A stretch of 64,000 bases of DNA, from NCBI GenBank assembly GCA_036522815.1, contig DATDFC010000118.1, positions 1,306 through 65,305 of the forward strand, given 5' to 3'. Origin of the DNA: Gemmatimonadales bacterium (GTDB taxonomy: Bacteria > Gemmatimonadota > Gemmatimonadetes > Gemmatimonadales > GWC2-71-9). The position numbers and the translations under genes are program-made. The notes below the pieces were generated by a model that worked only from the letters and a program-made list of their open reading frames with translations, was not told the origin of the DNA and did not search any database. Positions 8,002 to 17,221 of this stretch are shown here, in pieces (the first letter of the stretch is position 1; every line of letters starts with the position of its first letter).

Positions 8002-10107
8002 ATGGTGAAACACGTCGAACGCAATTTCGCCGGCCGTACTCTGAAGCTCGAGGCGGGACGGCTGGCCAAGCAGGCCGCCGGCTCGTGCCTCTTGCAGTTC
8101 GGGGAGACGGTGGTGCTGGCGGCGGTGACGGTGTCGGACAACGTCTCGACCCTCCCGTTCTTCCCCCTCACCGTCGAATACCGTGAAAAGAGCTACGCCG
8201 CCGGCAAGATCCCGGGCGGCTTCCTGAAGCGCGAGGGTCGCCCCTCCGACGAGGAGATCCTGTCCGCCAGAGTCACCGACCGCTCGGTCCGCCCGCTCTT
8301 CCCCGAAGGCTTCAAGAACGAGGTCCAGGTCTTCATCTACGTGCTGTCGGCCGATCAAGAGAACGACGCCGACGTGCTGGGCGTGACGGCGGCCTCCGCG
8401 GCGCTCACCATGTCCCAGGTGCCGTGGAACGGTCCCATCGCCGCGGTGCGCGTGGGTCGGGTGGAAGGCGCCTGGATTCTCAATCCCACGTTCCAGCAGC
8501 TCGAGTTCTCCGACGTGGACATGGTGGTGTCCGGCTCGGCGGACTCGATCGTGATGGTCGAGGGCGGCGCGCTGGAGCTGACCGAGGCCGAGATCGTCAA
8601 GGGCCTCGAAGTGGCGCACAAGGGCATCCGCGAGCTGCTCGAGGCGACGCAGGAGCTCGTCGCCGACATGCGGCAGCCCAAGATGGAGTGGACCAAGGTG
8701 GAGCCGCCGGCGGAGCTCGTGAGCCGCGTGAAGCAGCTCGCGGAGGCCCGGGTGTCGGAAGCCCTCAACCTGCCCGAGAAGGCCGAGCGGGCGCAGGCGC
8801 TGGCGGCACTCAAGGCGACCATTCAGGACCAGCTCGCGGCTGAGTTCCCCGAGAACGTCAAGGACGTCGCGAACACGATCGAAGAGATCGAGTACCGCAC
8901 CATGCGGGAGCAGGTGTTGACGCACGGCGAGCGGGTGGACGGGCGCGACCTGGATACCGTGCGGGCGATCAGCTGCGAGGTGGGTGTGCTGCCCCGCACG
9001 CATGGCTCGGCGCTGTTCACGCGCGGCCAGACGCAGGCGCTGGTGTCGGTGACGCTCGGCACGACGCGCGACGAGCAGCGCATCGATTCGATCGACGTGG
9101 CGCAGGAGACCACCAAGTCGTTCATGCTGCATTACAATTTTCCGCCGTTCTCGACGGGGGAAGTGAAGCCGATCCGCGGGACCTCGCGCCGCGAGGTGGG
9201 ACACGGGGCGCTCGCCGAGCGGGCGCTGCAGGCGCTGCTGCCGCCGTATGACCAGTTTCCCTATACCCTCCGCATCGTGTCCGACATCCTCGAGTCGAAC
9301 GGCTCGTCCTCGATGGCGACGGTATGCGGCGGCTCGCTGGCGCTGTTCGACGCGGGCGTGCCGATGACCGCCGCCTGCGCCGGCGTGGCGATGGGCCTGA
9401 TCAAAGAAGGCAAGCGCGTGGCGGTGCTCACGGACATCCTGGGCACGGAGGATCATCTGGGCGATATGGACTTCAAGGTGGCGGGCACGCGCCAGGGAGT
9501 CAGCTCGATCCAGATGGACATCAAGATCGAGGGGCTCGATTTCAGCATCATCAGCCAGGCGCTCGAGAAGGCGAAGCAGGCCCGGCTGCACATCCTCGAC
9601 ATCATGGACCAGGTGATGCCGCAGCCGCGCTCGCAGCTGTCCAAGTACGCGCCGCGCATCATCACGATCCAGATCCGCCCCGACAAGATCGGCGACCTGA
9701 TCGGGCCGAAAGGTAAGACCATCCGCGGCATCCAGGAGCAGACGGGCGCCGAGATCAACGTGGACGACAACGGCATGGTCACGATCTCCGCGGTGGGCGA
9801 AGGCGGCGAGCGGGCGCGCGACATGGTGCAGGCGCTGGTGCAGGAGCCCGAGGTGGGCAAGGTGTACGAGGGCGTCGTGAAGAGCACCACGGCGTTCGGC
9901 GCGTTCGTCGAGATCATCCCCGGCGTGGAGGGACTGCTGCATATCTCCGAGCTGCAGCACGGGCGCACGGAGCGCACCGAGGACGTCGTGAAGAAGGGGG
10001 ACCACGTGCGCGTGAAGCTGCTCGAGGTGGACGAGCGCGGTCGCATGCGGCTCTCCCGGAAGGCCCTGATGGACAAGCCCGAGGCGGCACCGGCGCGCTC
10101 GCACTGA
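8002..10107 (+). CDS. pnp: polyribonucleotide nucleotidyltransferase (PNPase)
   Basis: 701 aa; two RNase PH-like halves, KH (IGPKGKTIRGI) and S1 (GKVYEGVVKSTTAFGAFVEI) domains. Confidence 0.97.
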   Translation: MVKHVERNFAGRTLKLEAGRLAKQAAGSCLLQFGETVVLAAVTVSDNVSTLPFFPLTVEYREKSYAAGKIPGGFLKREGRPSDEEILSARVTDRSVRPLFPEGFKNEVQVFIYVLSADQENDADVLGVTAASAALTMSQVPWNGPIAAVRVGRVEGAWILNPTFQQLEFSDVDMVVSGSADSIVMVEGGALELTEAEIVKGLEVAHKGIRELLEATQELVADMRQPKMEWTKVEPPAELVSRVKQLAEARVSEALNLPEKAERAQALAALKATIQDQLAAEFPENVKDVANTIEEIEYRTMREQVLTHGERVDGRDLDTVRAISCEVGVLPRTHGSALFTRGQTQALVSVTLGTTRDEQRIDSIDVAQETTKSFMLHYNFPPFSTGEVKPIRGTSRREVGHGALAERALQALLPPYDQFPYTLRIVSDILESNGSSSMATVCGGSLALFDAGVPMTAACAGVAMGLIKEGKRVAVLTDILGTEDHLGDMDFKVAGTRQGVSSIQMDIKIEGLDFSIISQALEKAKQARLHILDIMDQVMPQPRSQLSKYAPRIITIQIRPDKIGDLIGPKGKTIRGIQEQTGAEINVDDNGMVTISAVGEGGERARDMVQALVQEPEVGKVYEGVVKSTTAFGAFVEIIPGVEGLLHISELQHGRTERTEDVVKKGDHVRVKLLEVDERGRMRLSRKALMDKPEAAPARSH

Positions 10108-11378
10108 TGGAGACGGTCCGGCTCGACCGGGACATCTTCCAGACTACCGCGCCCACCGGCGTGATCGTGTTGTCCGAGCGGGTCCCCAGCGTCCGCTCGG
10201 CGGCGGTGGGTATCTGGGTGCGGAGCGCCAGCGCCCACGAGCCCCGCCCCAAGATGGGCGTGTCGCACCTGCTCGAGCACATGGTGTTCAAGGGCACGGA
10301 GCGGCGCAGCGCGCAGGAGATCGCGCTGGCGCTCGAGTCGCGCGGTGGCTCGCTCGACGCTTACACCTCGCGCGACACCACCGCGTTCCAGGCGCGGGTG
10401 CTCGACACCGACCTGCCGCGAGCGCTCGACGTGCTCACCGACCTGGTGCGCAACCCGGTGCTCCGCAGCAACGACCTGGAACTCGAGCGCAACGTGGTGC
10501 TCGAGGAGATCAACACCGTCGAGGATACGCCGGACGACCAGGTGTACGATCTCTGCTACCAGACCTTGTGGCCCGAGCATCCCTACGGTTACAAGATCCT
10601 GGGCACGCGCGATACGGTCAGCGCCATTTCGACCGGCGACCTGAAGCACTTGCACCAGCGGGCGTACTTCCCCGCCAACTGTGTGATCGCCGCCGCCGGT
10701 AATCTCGATCATCAGCGGCTACTCGAAGACTTGGGCAAGCTCGGTTGGCTCGATCAGGCACCGGGCAACGGGCAACGGGCAACGCCTTCCGTTGCTCCGA
10801 TCCGCCCTGCTGTTCGGGGAGCGGAGGCGCGCCACTCCAAGGACACCGCTCAGACCCACATCGTCTTCGCCACCGACACCGTTCGCTACGCCGATTCCCG
10901 CAAGTACGCGCTGCTGGTGCTCGGCAACGTGTTCGGGGGCGGCATGTCGAGCCGGCTGTTCCAACGGATTCGGGAAGAGCTGGGCCTCGCCTATGCGATT
11001 TACGCGTTCACGAGCTTCTATCGCGACATGGGTGTGGCGGGCGTGTATGTCGGCACCCAGCCCAAGACCGCGAGCCAGGCCGCGGCGGCGATTCGAGAGG
11101 AGTACGGCAAGCTGGCGCGCGAGGCGCTTACCGGCGCGGCGCTCGCCGAGGCGAAACAGCAGACGCAGGGGCAGCTGATGTTGTCGCTGGAGAGTCCCAG
11201 CGCCCGGATGTATCGTTTGGCGACCTTTCCCATTTATGGGGAGCAGTATCGCAGTCTGGACGAAGTCATAGCGGCGGTGGCGGGCCTCACGGAAAAAGAG
11301 ATTGCCGATGTGGCAGCTGAGTTCTTCGCACCTGAACGACAGACGGTGGTTTGGCTTGGACCGGAAGAGCGACGCTAA
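10107..11378 (+). CDS. M16 (pitrilysin) family zinc peptidase
   Basis: ATG overlaps pnp stop by 1 nt; inverted zinc motif HLLEHMVFKGT; typical position after pnp. Confidence 0.85.
   Translation: METVRLDRDIFQTTAPTGVIVLSERVPSVRSAAVGIWVRSASAHEPRPKMGVSHLLEHMVFKGTERRSAQEIALALESRGGSLDAYTSRDTTAFQARVLDTDLPRALDVLTDLVRNPVLRSNDLELERNVVLEEINTVEDTPDDQVYDLCYQTLWPEHPYGYKILGTRDTVSAISTGDLKHLHQRAYFPANCVIAAAGNLDHQRLLEDLGKLGWLDQAPGNGQRATPSVAPIRPAVRGAEARHSKDTAQTHIVFATDTVRYADSRKYALLVLGNVFGGGMSSRLFQRIREELGLAYAIYAFTSFYRDMGVAGVYVGTQPKTASQAAAAIREEYGKLAREALTGAALAEAKQQTQGQLMLSLESPSARMYRLATFPIYGEQYRSLDEVIAAVAGLTEKEIADVAAEFFAPERQTVVWLGPEERR
10763..10783 (+). repeat. tandem heptamer (GGGCAAC)x3 inside the peptidase gene
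   Basis: gggcaacgggcaacgggcaac read directly; encodes GNGQRAT. Confidence 0.8.
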
Positions 11379-11435
11379 GACGCTACGTTGTACGACGGTA
11401 CTCCACTACGTCCCTAGGACGTACGACGTAGCGTC
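11379..11435 (+). promoter_or_regulatory. nested palindromes upstream of ald (terminator of peptidase gene or regulator binding region)
   Basis: gacgctacgt (11379-11388) is the exact inverse complement of acgtagcgtc (11426-11435); inner acgtccctaggacgt; direct repeat gacgcta x2. Confidence 0.35.
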
Positions 11436-11458
11436 GTAAGGCGTATGACGGAGAAATC

Positions 11459-12571
11459 ATGATTGTTGGGGTGCCCAAAGAGATCAAAACCGCCGAGAAC
11501 CGTGTGGCGTTGGTGCCCGCGGGGGTCGAGGCGTTGGTGGGCGACGGGCACGCGGTGCTGGTGGAGCAGGGGGCGGGGCTCGGGTCGGGGTTCGGCGATG
11601 AGACGTATGGCGCGGTGGGCGCCACGCTCGTGCCCAAGGCCGCGGACGTGTGGGCCCGGGCCGAGATGGTGGTAAAGGTCAAGGAGCCGATCGAGCCCGA
11701 GTGGCCGTGCATGCGCAAGGGCCAGGTGGTGTTCACCTACTTCCATTTCGCCGCCTCCGAGCCGCTCACGCGGGCGGTCATCAAGTCCGGCATCATCGCG
11801 ATCGCGTACGAGACGGTGCAGCTCGCTTCGGGCGAGCTGCCGCTGCTCACGCCGATGAGCGAGGTGGCAGGGCGGATGGCGGTGCAGGAGGGGGCGAAGT
11901 ACCTCGAGAAAGTCTATGGCGGCAGCGGCATCCTGCTGGGTGGGGTGCCGGGCGTGCTGCCGGCCGAGGTGGTCATCATCGGGGGCGGGGTGGTGGGCAC
12001 GAACGCCGCGCGCATGGCGGCGGGGCTCGCCGCCCACGTGACGCTGCTCGACCTCTCGCTCGACCGCCTGCGCTACCTGTCCGATGTGCTCCCGCCCAAT
12101 GTCGATCTCCTCTACTCGAACCGTCACAACCTGCTGGAGCAGCTGCGCAAGGCCGATCTGGTGATCGGGGCGGTGCTGTTGCCCGGCGCTAAGGCGCCCA
12201 AGCTGGTGCGGCGGGAAGATCTCAAACTGATGAAGCCGGGCTCGGTGATCGTCGATGTCGCGGTGGATCAAGGCGGGTGCATCGAGACCAGCAAGCCGAC
12301 CACGCACGAGAACCCCGTCTACCTGGTGGATGGGATCATTCACTATGCGGTGGCGAACATGCCGGGCGGTGTGCCGCGCACCTCCACCCTGGCGCTCACC
12401 AACGCGACGTTCCCCTATGCCAAGCGGCTGGCGCGGGGCGGCTGGAAGCAGGCGTGCCGCGACGACCCGGCGCTGTTCCAGGGATTGAACGTGATCGAGG
12501 GGAGCGTGGTCTATCCGGCGGTGGCCGAGTCGTTCGGGCTGTCGTTGGTGAACGCGAGGCAGCTGGTATGA
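11459..12571 (+). CDS. ald: alanine dehydrogenase
   Basis: [26 protein letters not shown] fold [12 protein letters not shown], 370 aa. Confidence 0.95.
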   Translation: MIVGVPKEIKTAENRVALVPAGVEALVGDGHAVLVEQGAGLGSGFGDETYGAVGATLVPKAADVWARAEMVVKVKEPIEPEWPCMRKGQVVFTYFHFAASEPLTRAVIKSGIIAIAYETVQLASGELPLLTPMSEVAGRMAVQEGAKYLEKVYGGSGILLGGVPGVLPAEVVIIGGGVVGTNAARMAAGLAAHVTLLDLSLDRLRYLSDVLPPNVDLLYSNRHNLLEQLRKADLVIGAVLLPGAKAPKLVRREDLKLMKPGSVIVDVAVDQGGCIETSKPTTHENPVYLVDGIIHYAVANMPGGVPRTSTLALTNATFPYAKRLARGGWKQACRDDPALFQGLNVIEGSVVYPAVAESFGLSLVNARQLV

Positions 12572-13152
12572 CCCCTATCGTCTCGGCACTCATGCTCCTG
12601 CTCCAGACCCAGGCGACGAGCGCCGAGCTGGGTTATCGCTTCACGCTGCCGAGCGGGTTCGCGGTGTTTCCCGAGGGACGTGGGCAGAAGGATATGGTGG
12701 ACTGTTGGAGCGAGGCGACGCCGGTGTCGGCGCATGGCGCGATGATTCTCTGCGTGCAGCGCATGCACGGCGTGTTGCCGCGGGACGCGATGAAGCCGGA
12801 GGATGTGCCCGCGACCACGCAGCTCGTGAGCTTCAAGTGGAAGGAGTTCGACCTCCAGGGCCTGCGGTCGCTGGTCTCGCAGGCGGGCGAGCAGGTGTTC
12901 GTGCTGGTGACGCAGGTGCCGCTGCGGGGCGAGGCGGTGCAGCTGCTCTTGAGCGGGCCGGCCGATCAGGAGACGCGGGGCCAGTCGCTCATGACCCAGA
13001 CACTGGCGTCGCTCGAGGGCGAGAGCAACTGGCTCACCGCGAGCGAGCGTGCGGGGCGCCTCGGCACGGCGGCGGGGTGGTGGATCGGCATCGCCGTGGC
13101 GGTGACCGCGGTGCTCGTGTGGCGCAAGCGGCGGCAAGCCCGGGCGGGTTGA
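12568..13152 (+). CDS. hypothetical secreted/membrane-anchored protein (194 aa)
   Basis: ATG 12568 overlaps ald stop (ATGA); N-terminal hydrophobic segment, C-terminal TM WWIGIAVAVTAVLVW then KRRQ. Confidence 0.5.
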   Translation: MTPIVSALMLLLQTQATSAELGYRFTLPSGFAVFPEGRGQKDMVDCWSEATPVSAHGAMILCVQRMHGVLPRDAMKPEDVPATTQLVSFKWKEFDLQGLRSLVSQAGEQVFVLVTQVPLRGEAVQLLLSGPADQETRGQSLMTQTLASLEGESNWLTASERAGRLGTAAGWWIGIAVAVTAVLVWRKRRQARAG

Positions 13153-13159
13153 CCCGGGC

Positions 13160-13612
13160 GTGACCAGGCGCGCGCCGGTTGTCCAGGTCCGGCGGCTGCC
13201 GCATCACGACGGATTGCCGTTGCCCAGCCGGCAGACCGCCGGGTCCGCCGGGTACGACGTGGCGAGCGCGGAGGGGGAGTTCACGTTGCAGCCGCTCGAG
13301 CGCCGACTGGTGCGCACCGGGTTGGCGTTGGCGATTCCCGCCGGATACGAAGCCCAAGTGCGGCCCCGCTCGGGGCTGGCGGTGAAGCATGGACTGACCC
13401 TGCCGAACGCTCCGGCCACGATCGATTCGGATTACCGCGGCGAGCTCATGATTCCCATGATCAATTTGGGCACCGAGCCCGTGGTGGTGGCGCGGGGGAC
13501 GCGCATCGCGCAGCTCGTGTTTCAGCGGGTGGAGGTGGTGGAGCTCGAGGAGGTGGTGGAGCTGCCGCCGAGCGCGCGCGGTGGGGGCGGGTTTGGGAGC
13601 ACGGGGGTGTGA
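13160..13612 (+). CDS. dut: dUTP diphosphatase
   Basis: GSAGYDV, RPRSGLAVKHG, IDSDYRGEL, ARGTRIAQLV, GGFGSTG. Confidence 0.95.
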   Translation: MTRRAPVVQVRRLPHHDGLPLPSRQTAGSAGYDVASAEGEFTLQPLERRLVRTGLALAIPAGYEAQVRPRSGLAVKHGLTLPNAPATIDSDYRGELMIPMINLGTEPVVVARGTRIAQLVFQRVEVVELEEVVELPPSARGGGGFGSTGV

Positions 13613-13694
13613 CCAACCCCGGCCAACTCGGGTATCCTCTCTCGAAGGGATCCCGTATGCCTGAGCCACGTCACTGCGCGCTGGTCTGCGTGTT

Positions 13695-14048
13695 ATGCGC
13701 ATTCCTATAATCGCGGCGGTACTCACGCTGTCGGTCACTGCGTGCGGTCATGAGTGCCTTCAGGCACCGTGTCCACTGCCCATCGCCCTGGCCGTGGAGG
13801 TGACCTCTGCGAATTCGGGAGCGGGCGTGGTCGCCTCTGTGGCGGTCACGGGCCCGTTTCAGTCTACTGTACCATGCGACTCCAGCTGCAGAATCCCCGG
13901 TTACGCTGGCACGTACACTCTCAATGTGACCGCCTCTGGCTACCAAAGCGCGGAACGCACAGTCCTCGTTCACGGGACCAGTCCTGCCTGCGGGTGCGCG
14001 TCAGCGGAGACGGAGGACGTCGTGTTCGCCCTCACGCCGACTCCCTAG
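13695..14048 (+). CDS. hypothetical lipoprotein (117 aa)
   Basis: Lipobox LTLSVTAC; Cys-rich; GYAGTYTLNVTASGYQSAERTVLV resembles a carboxypeptidase-regulatory-like fold; GC lower than the core. Confidence 0.5.
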   Translation: MRIPIIAAVLTLSVTACGHECLQAPCPLPIALAVEVTSANSGAGVVASVAVTGPFQSTVPCDSSCRIPGYAGTYTLNVTASGYQSAERTVLVHGTSPACGCASAETEDVVFALTPTP

Positions 14049-14116
14049 ATTTGCGCTCGCCCGCGCGGGAGCGCCCCTGAACATCCTGTCGCCGATTACT
14101 TAACCGAGGCAGAAGC

Positions 14117-14515
14117 ATGAAGAACGTTGCGAACTCCCGATTCGCCATCAAGAGCTGGGACGAGAAGCCGTATAGTGAGGGCAAGGACCTACCAAAGCTG
14201 ACGCGAGCCGCTGTCACGAAGACGTTCACGGGCGACATCGCCGGCGAGGGCCATGTCGAGTACTTGATGATGTACCGTAGCGACGGCTCGGCCACGTTCG
14301 TCGGCCTTGAGCGGGTCGTCGGGCACGTTGCAGGGAAAGCCGGCAGCTTTGTGCTGCAACGCACCGGCGCGTTCGAGAACGGGGTGGCGAAGGAGTCCTA
14401 TTTCGTGATCCCGGGCTCCGGCACCGGAGAGCTTCGGGGCCTGCGCGGCGAGGGCACATCGGCTGTGGGGCACGGGACTGAGCACCCTCTAACGCTGAAC
14501 TACGAGTTGGGGTGA
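14117..14515 (+). CDS. DUF3224-like protein (132 aa)
   Basis: FAIKSWDEKPY...TFTGDIAGEGHVEYLMMY...GSGTGELRGLRGEG pattern; stop overlaps an attC right-arm relic. Confidence 0.6.
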   Translation: MKNVANSRFAIKSWDEKPYSEGKDLPKLTRAAVTKTFTGDIAGEGHVEYLMMYRSDGSATFVGLERVVGHVAGKAGSFVLQRTGAFENGVAKESYFVIPGSGTGELRGLRGEGTSAVGHGTEHPLTLNYELG

Positions 14516-14531
14516 GCGCGATCCGTTACAG
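14514..14531 (+). repeat. attC right-arm relic
   Basis: gagcgcgatccgttacag matches consensus aagcgcgatccgttaggc at 14/18 positions. Confidence 0.4.
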
Positions 14532-14635
14532 GGCGGCCGCACTGAACGGGGTCATTGTCTGCGTGGAGGTTCTTGACCGTGATAGCGTCGGCGATAAGCT
14601 GCACGCTCTATTACCGTAGGCTCCAGTCGCGTGCA

Positions 14636-14736
14636 GCCTAACAAGCGCTTGAAGCTGGCGGCGCTGCTCTTAAAGGAAGCGTTATGTTGCCTGACGTTCG
14701 AGACGTTCGCCGCAGCTTAAGCGCGATCCGTTAGGC
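14636..14736 (+). repeat. attC site 1 (class D, 101 bp)
   Basis: R'' GCCTAAC 14636-14642, R' GTTAGGC 14730-14736, both arms conserved. Confidence 0.9.
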
Positions 14737-14754
14737 CGCCCCCGAGAGCATACG

Positions 14755-15351
14755 ATGCACTCGTTAAAGCTCAATTCCCGGTTCGGTCTTCTTGCTTCCG
14801 TTCTCACCGTCGTGGCCTGCAAAGCTTATCAAATGCCGAGTTCGAGCATGGAGCCCACCGTCTTGGCTGGGGACTACGTCCTCGCCCTGAGCAAGGTGAG
14901 ATCCCCTGCACGAGAGGAAGTCGTCATCTATAACCTCAAGGGACTCCCATATGTGAAACGGGTGCTTGGGTTACCGGGCGACACTTTGTCGATGCGCGAC
15001 GGGGTTCTCGTTGTGAATGGACAGCCAGTCGTGGAGCCCTACGCTTCGCACCGGACCGAGACCGCTCGTGTGGACTCGGCGTTCACGTGGCAACGCCGCT
15101 TTCTAGAGCGCGAACGGGACTCGACGATGTATCATCCAACGCTCACGGCGTGGGGTCCCATTGTGGTTCCTCCTGACAATTATTTCGTATTGGGCGACAA
15201 TCGAGGCGAGAGTGCCGACAGCAGGTATACAGGATTCGTGCGCAGGGCCGAGATCTTCGCGCGCCCTATGTTCATTTACTTCTCGCGTGATCGCCAAAGT
15301 GGCAAGATTAGGTGGGATCGAATTGGAATACGCCTGAGGGATAGCACCTAG
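14755..15351 (+). CDS. lepB: cassette ORF: signal peptidase I (S26 family)
   Basis: SSSMEPTVLAGDYVL (Ser box), YVKRVLGLPGD (Lys box), GDNRGESADSRY; ATG 18 nt after attC1. Confidence 0.8.
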   Translation: MHSLKLNSRFGLLASVLTVVACKAYQMPSSSMEPTVLAGDYVLALSKVRSPAREEVVIYNLKGLPYVKRVLGLPGDTLSMRDGVLVVNGQPVVEPYASHRTETARVDSAFTWQRRFLERERDSTMYHPTLTAWGPIVVPPDNYFVLGDNRGESADSRYTGFVRRAEIFARPMFIYFSRDRQSGKIRWDRIGIRLRDST

Positions 15352-15362
15352 GCGCGGGGGCG

Positions 15363-15499
15363 GCCTAACATGCGCTTGAAGCTGTCGGGCCTGCTCTCAA
15401 AGGAATCGGCCGTTGGCTAGCCTGGCCGTCGCCGCGGGGCGGGCCGGTCCCTTGCGCCCGCGCGCACGCTGCCCGCAGCTTAAGCGCGATTCGTTAGGC
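15363..15499 (+). repeat. attC site 2 (class B, 137 bp)
   Basis: GCCTAAC 15363 ... GTTAGGC ending 15499; core gctgtcgggcctgctctcaaaggaatcggcc. Confidence 0.9.
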
Positions 15500-15523
15500 T
15501 GCCCCGACAAGTCGGAGGACTAC

Positions 15524-15901
15524 GTGCAGAACTCGAAACGCATCGCTGGCCTCCTTGGCCCGACGCTCGTGGCGATGCTCATCTCCGAATTTCCGCTTGT
15601 CCAACCGCACCTTTATGACGCCCAGATCCCACCGGTCGTCTATCTCTCCGGAACCCTGATGTTCGTCGGTGGGCTCGCGATCGTCCGGGCGCACAACCAC
15701 TGGGCACGTGACTGGACCGTCCTGGTAACGCTGTCTGGTTGGTTTGGTCTGGTGCTTGGTCTGTTTCGCATGTTCGCAGCGGGCTTCTACCAAAGGGGCT
15801 CGGCGAGCGCCAGCGCCACGCTGTTCATGGTCTTGGAGGGCATCCTCCTAATCATTGGGCTCATCATGACGTTCAAGGCATACGCCCCCGATCGGGCCTA
15901 G
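15524..15901 (+). CDS. cassette ORF: hypothetical membrane protein
   Basis: GTG 15524, 25 nt after attC2 (track start 15413 lies inside attC); several hydrophobic helices. Confidence 0.5.
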   Translation: MQNSKRIAGLLGPTLVAMLISEFPLVQPHLYDAQIPPVVYLSGTLMFVGGLAIVRAHNHWARDWTVLVTLSGWFGLVLGLFRMFAAGFYQRGSASASATLFMVLEGILLIIGLIMTFKAYAPDRA

Positions 15902-15931
15902 CATGCCTGCTTCGTGACTCGACCGGGGGCA

Positions 15932-16072
15932 GCCTAACCAGCGCTTGAAGGTGGCGGGCGGTGATCGCTTTAAAGGAAGCGGACTGTTGTGCCCCTGGCG
16001 GGGCACGGCCTTCGGCCGCCACCCTTGCGCCAGCCAGCGAGTCGCCCGCAGCTTAAGCGCGATCCGTTAGGC
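15932..16072 (+). repeat. attC site 3 (class A, 141 bp)
   Basis: GCCTAAC 15932 ... GTTAGGC ending 16072; core ggtgatcgctttaaaggaagcgga. Confidence 0.9.
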
Positions 16073-16079
16073 AGCACGC

Positions 16080-16673
16080 GTGATGCGCACCCTATCAGCT
16101 GTGGCCACTCTGACCTGCCTCCTCGCGTGTCGTTCCCGCACCGAACACGTGGCGTCGGCTTTCTCACAGGTTCCGTTCCAGCCAGCGCCTCCATACGACT
16201 CCCTTGCCGATACTAGCCGCTGGCTTACATGGCGCACTCCCGACTTCACACTTCATTACCCCAAACGCGCCTCGGTCCTTCCGGACACGGATCGCTTCTC
16301 CGATCACATTGGCAGTGCGTTGGTGTGGCGGTTCTCGCAGATGCAATGGCTCCGCCTTGCTGTCGCGCGACTCCCCGGGGGTCCCGCATCTCGATTTGTG
16401 GCATTCGTGGACAGCATCCGACGGTCGCGCAACGCATCCCTCAATCCTGACTGGCGCATGGCCCCGGCTTCGGCGCTTCAGGTGAGCCACTACTCTGCGC
16501 TTGAGCTGCGGCCGGATTGTGGCGACTGTGACGCCCACGAGATTTATGTCGCGCTGCCGCAAACGCGCCTCGTCTTCAGCTTCAGTCTTGAGCAAGGGCT
16601 CAAATACACGTACACCCAACAGGAGCGGCTCTACCGCCTTATCCTTACCACGCTTAGTGAGCCGATCCCGTGA
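16080..16673 (+). CDS. cassette ORF: hypothetical lipoprotein (197 aa)
   Basis: GTG 8 nt after attC3; lipobox-like MMRTLSAVATLTCLLAC. Confidence 0.55.
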   Translation: MMRTLSAVATLTCLLACRSRTEHVASAFSQVPFQPAPPYDSLADTSRWLTWRTPDFTLHYPKRASVLPDTDRFSDHIGSALVWRFSQMQWLRLAVARLPGGPASRFVAFVDSIRRSRNASLNPDWRMAPASALQVSHYSALELRPDCGDCDAHEIYVALPQTRLVFSFSLEQGLKYTYTQQERLYRLILTTLSEPIP

Positions 16674-16685
16674 GCGACGCGTGCT

Positions 16686-16787
16686 GCCTAACATGCGCTT
16701 GCAGCTGGCGGCGCCCGCCTGTCAGGGTAGAATTCCATTTGTCATGAACCACTCCAGGCGCTGCAGCTGAAGCGCGATCCGTTAGGC
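16686..16787 (+). repeat. attC site 4 (class D, 102 bp)
   Basis: GCCTAAC 16686 ... GTTAGGC ending 16787; paired arm variant GCGCTTgCAGCTG / CAGCTGAAGCGC. Confidence 0.9.
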
Positions 16788-16801
16788 AGCGGCAACTCAT
16801 A

Positions 16802-17221
16802 ATGCCTCGTCGCCTACCTGGCCTGACGGCGCTGAGTGCCTTCTTCGCAGTCGGCGCAATCATCGCCATGCTCACGAGCATCGCCCTATTGGCTCCTGGG
16901 AGCGCCTTAGGGCCCGTCTGGCGGCTCAACCCGCACGCGCAAGGTGCCTTCCGGGCCATGGGGTCCTGGGCCATCGCGCTCATGCTGGCCGTGGCGGCGG
17001 CATGTGCCCTGTCCGCCGTGGGCCTCTGGCTCCGAGCTCGCTGGGGCCACCGTCTCGCGGTGGCACTCCTCGTCATCAATTTCTTCGGAGATGCGACGAA
17101 CGCGTTCGTGCGGGGCGACCTCCGGACCCTCATCGGCCTGCCGATCGCCGCGGGGCTCATTGTCTATCTGCTGAGCCCCAGGGTGCGGGACCACTTTACG
17201 GCGACCCATGCCGCTGCCTAA
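16802..17221 (+). CDS. cassette ORF: hypothetical membrane protein (139 aa)
   Basis: ATG 15 nt after attC4; about 4 TM-like segments; stop TAA lies inside R'' of attC5. Confidence 0.6.
   Translation: MPRRLPGLTALSAFFAVGAIIAMLTSIALLAPGSALGPVWRLNPHAQGAFRAMGSWAIALMLAVAAACALSAVGLWLRARWGHRLAVALLVINFFGDATNAFVRGDLRTLIGLPIAAGLIVYLLSPRVRDHFTATHAAA

Noticed and set aside
14049-14116. Possible very old attC relic after the lipoprotein ORF (tttgcgctcgcccgcgcgggagcgcccctgaac...ttaaccgaggc)
   Set aside because: It shows only scattered similarity to the right arm (ttgcgc, cccgcg, agcgccc). It is equally well explained as a GC-rich terminator hairpin (cgctcgcccgcg/cgcgggagcg).
15989-16216. ORF-track entries that start in or run through attC sites (also 17998..18294, 21004..21435 5' part, 24403..24708, 28453 5' part, 31056 5' part, and many short - strand ORFs)
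   Set aside because: Their shared peptides are translations of the conserved arms: RPQLKRDPLG and PNKRLKLAG on the + strand, PNGSRLSCGR and PASFKRLLG on the - strand. They are repeat artefacts, and the true cassette ORFs start after GTTAGGC.
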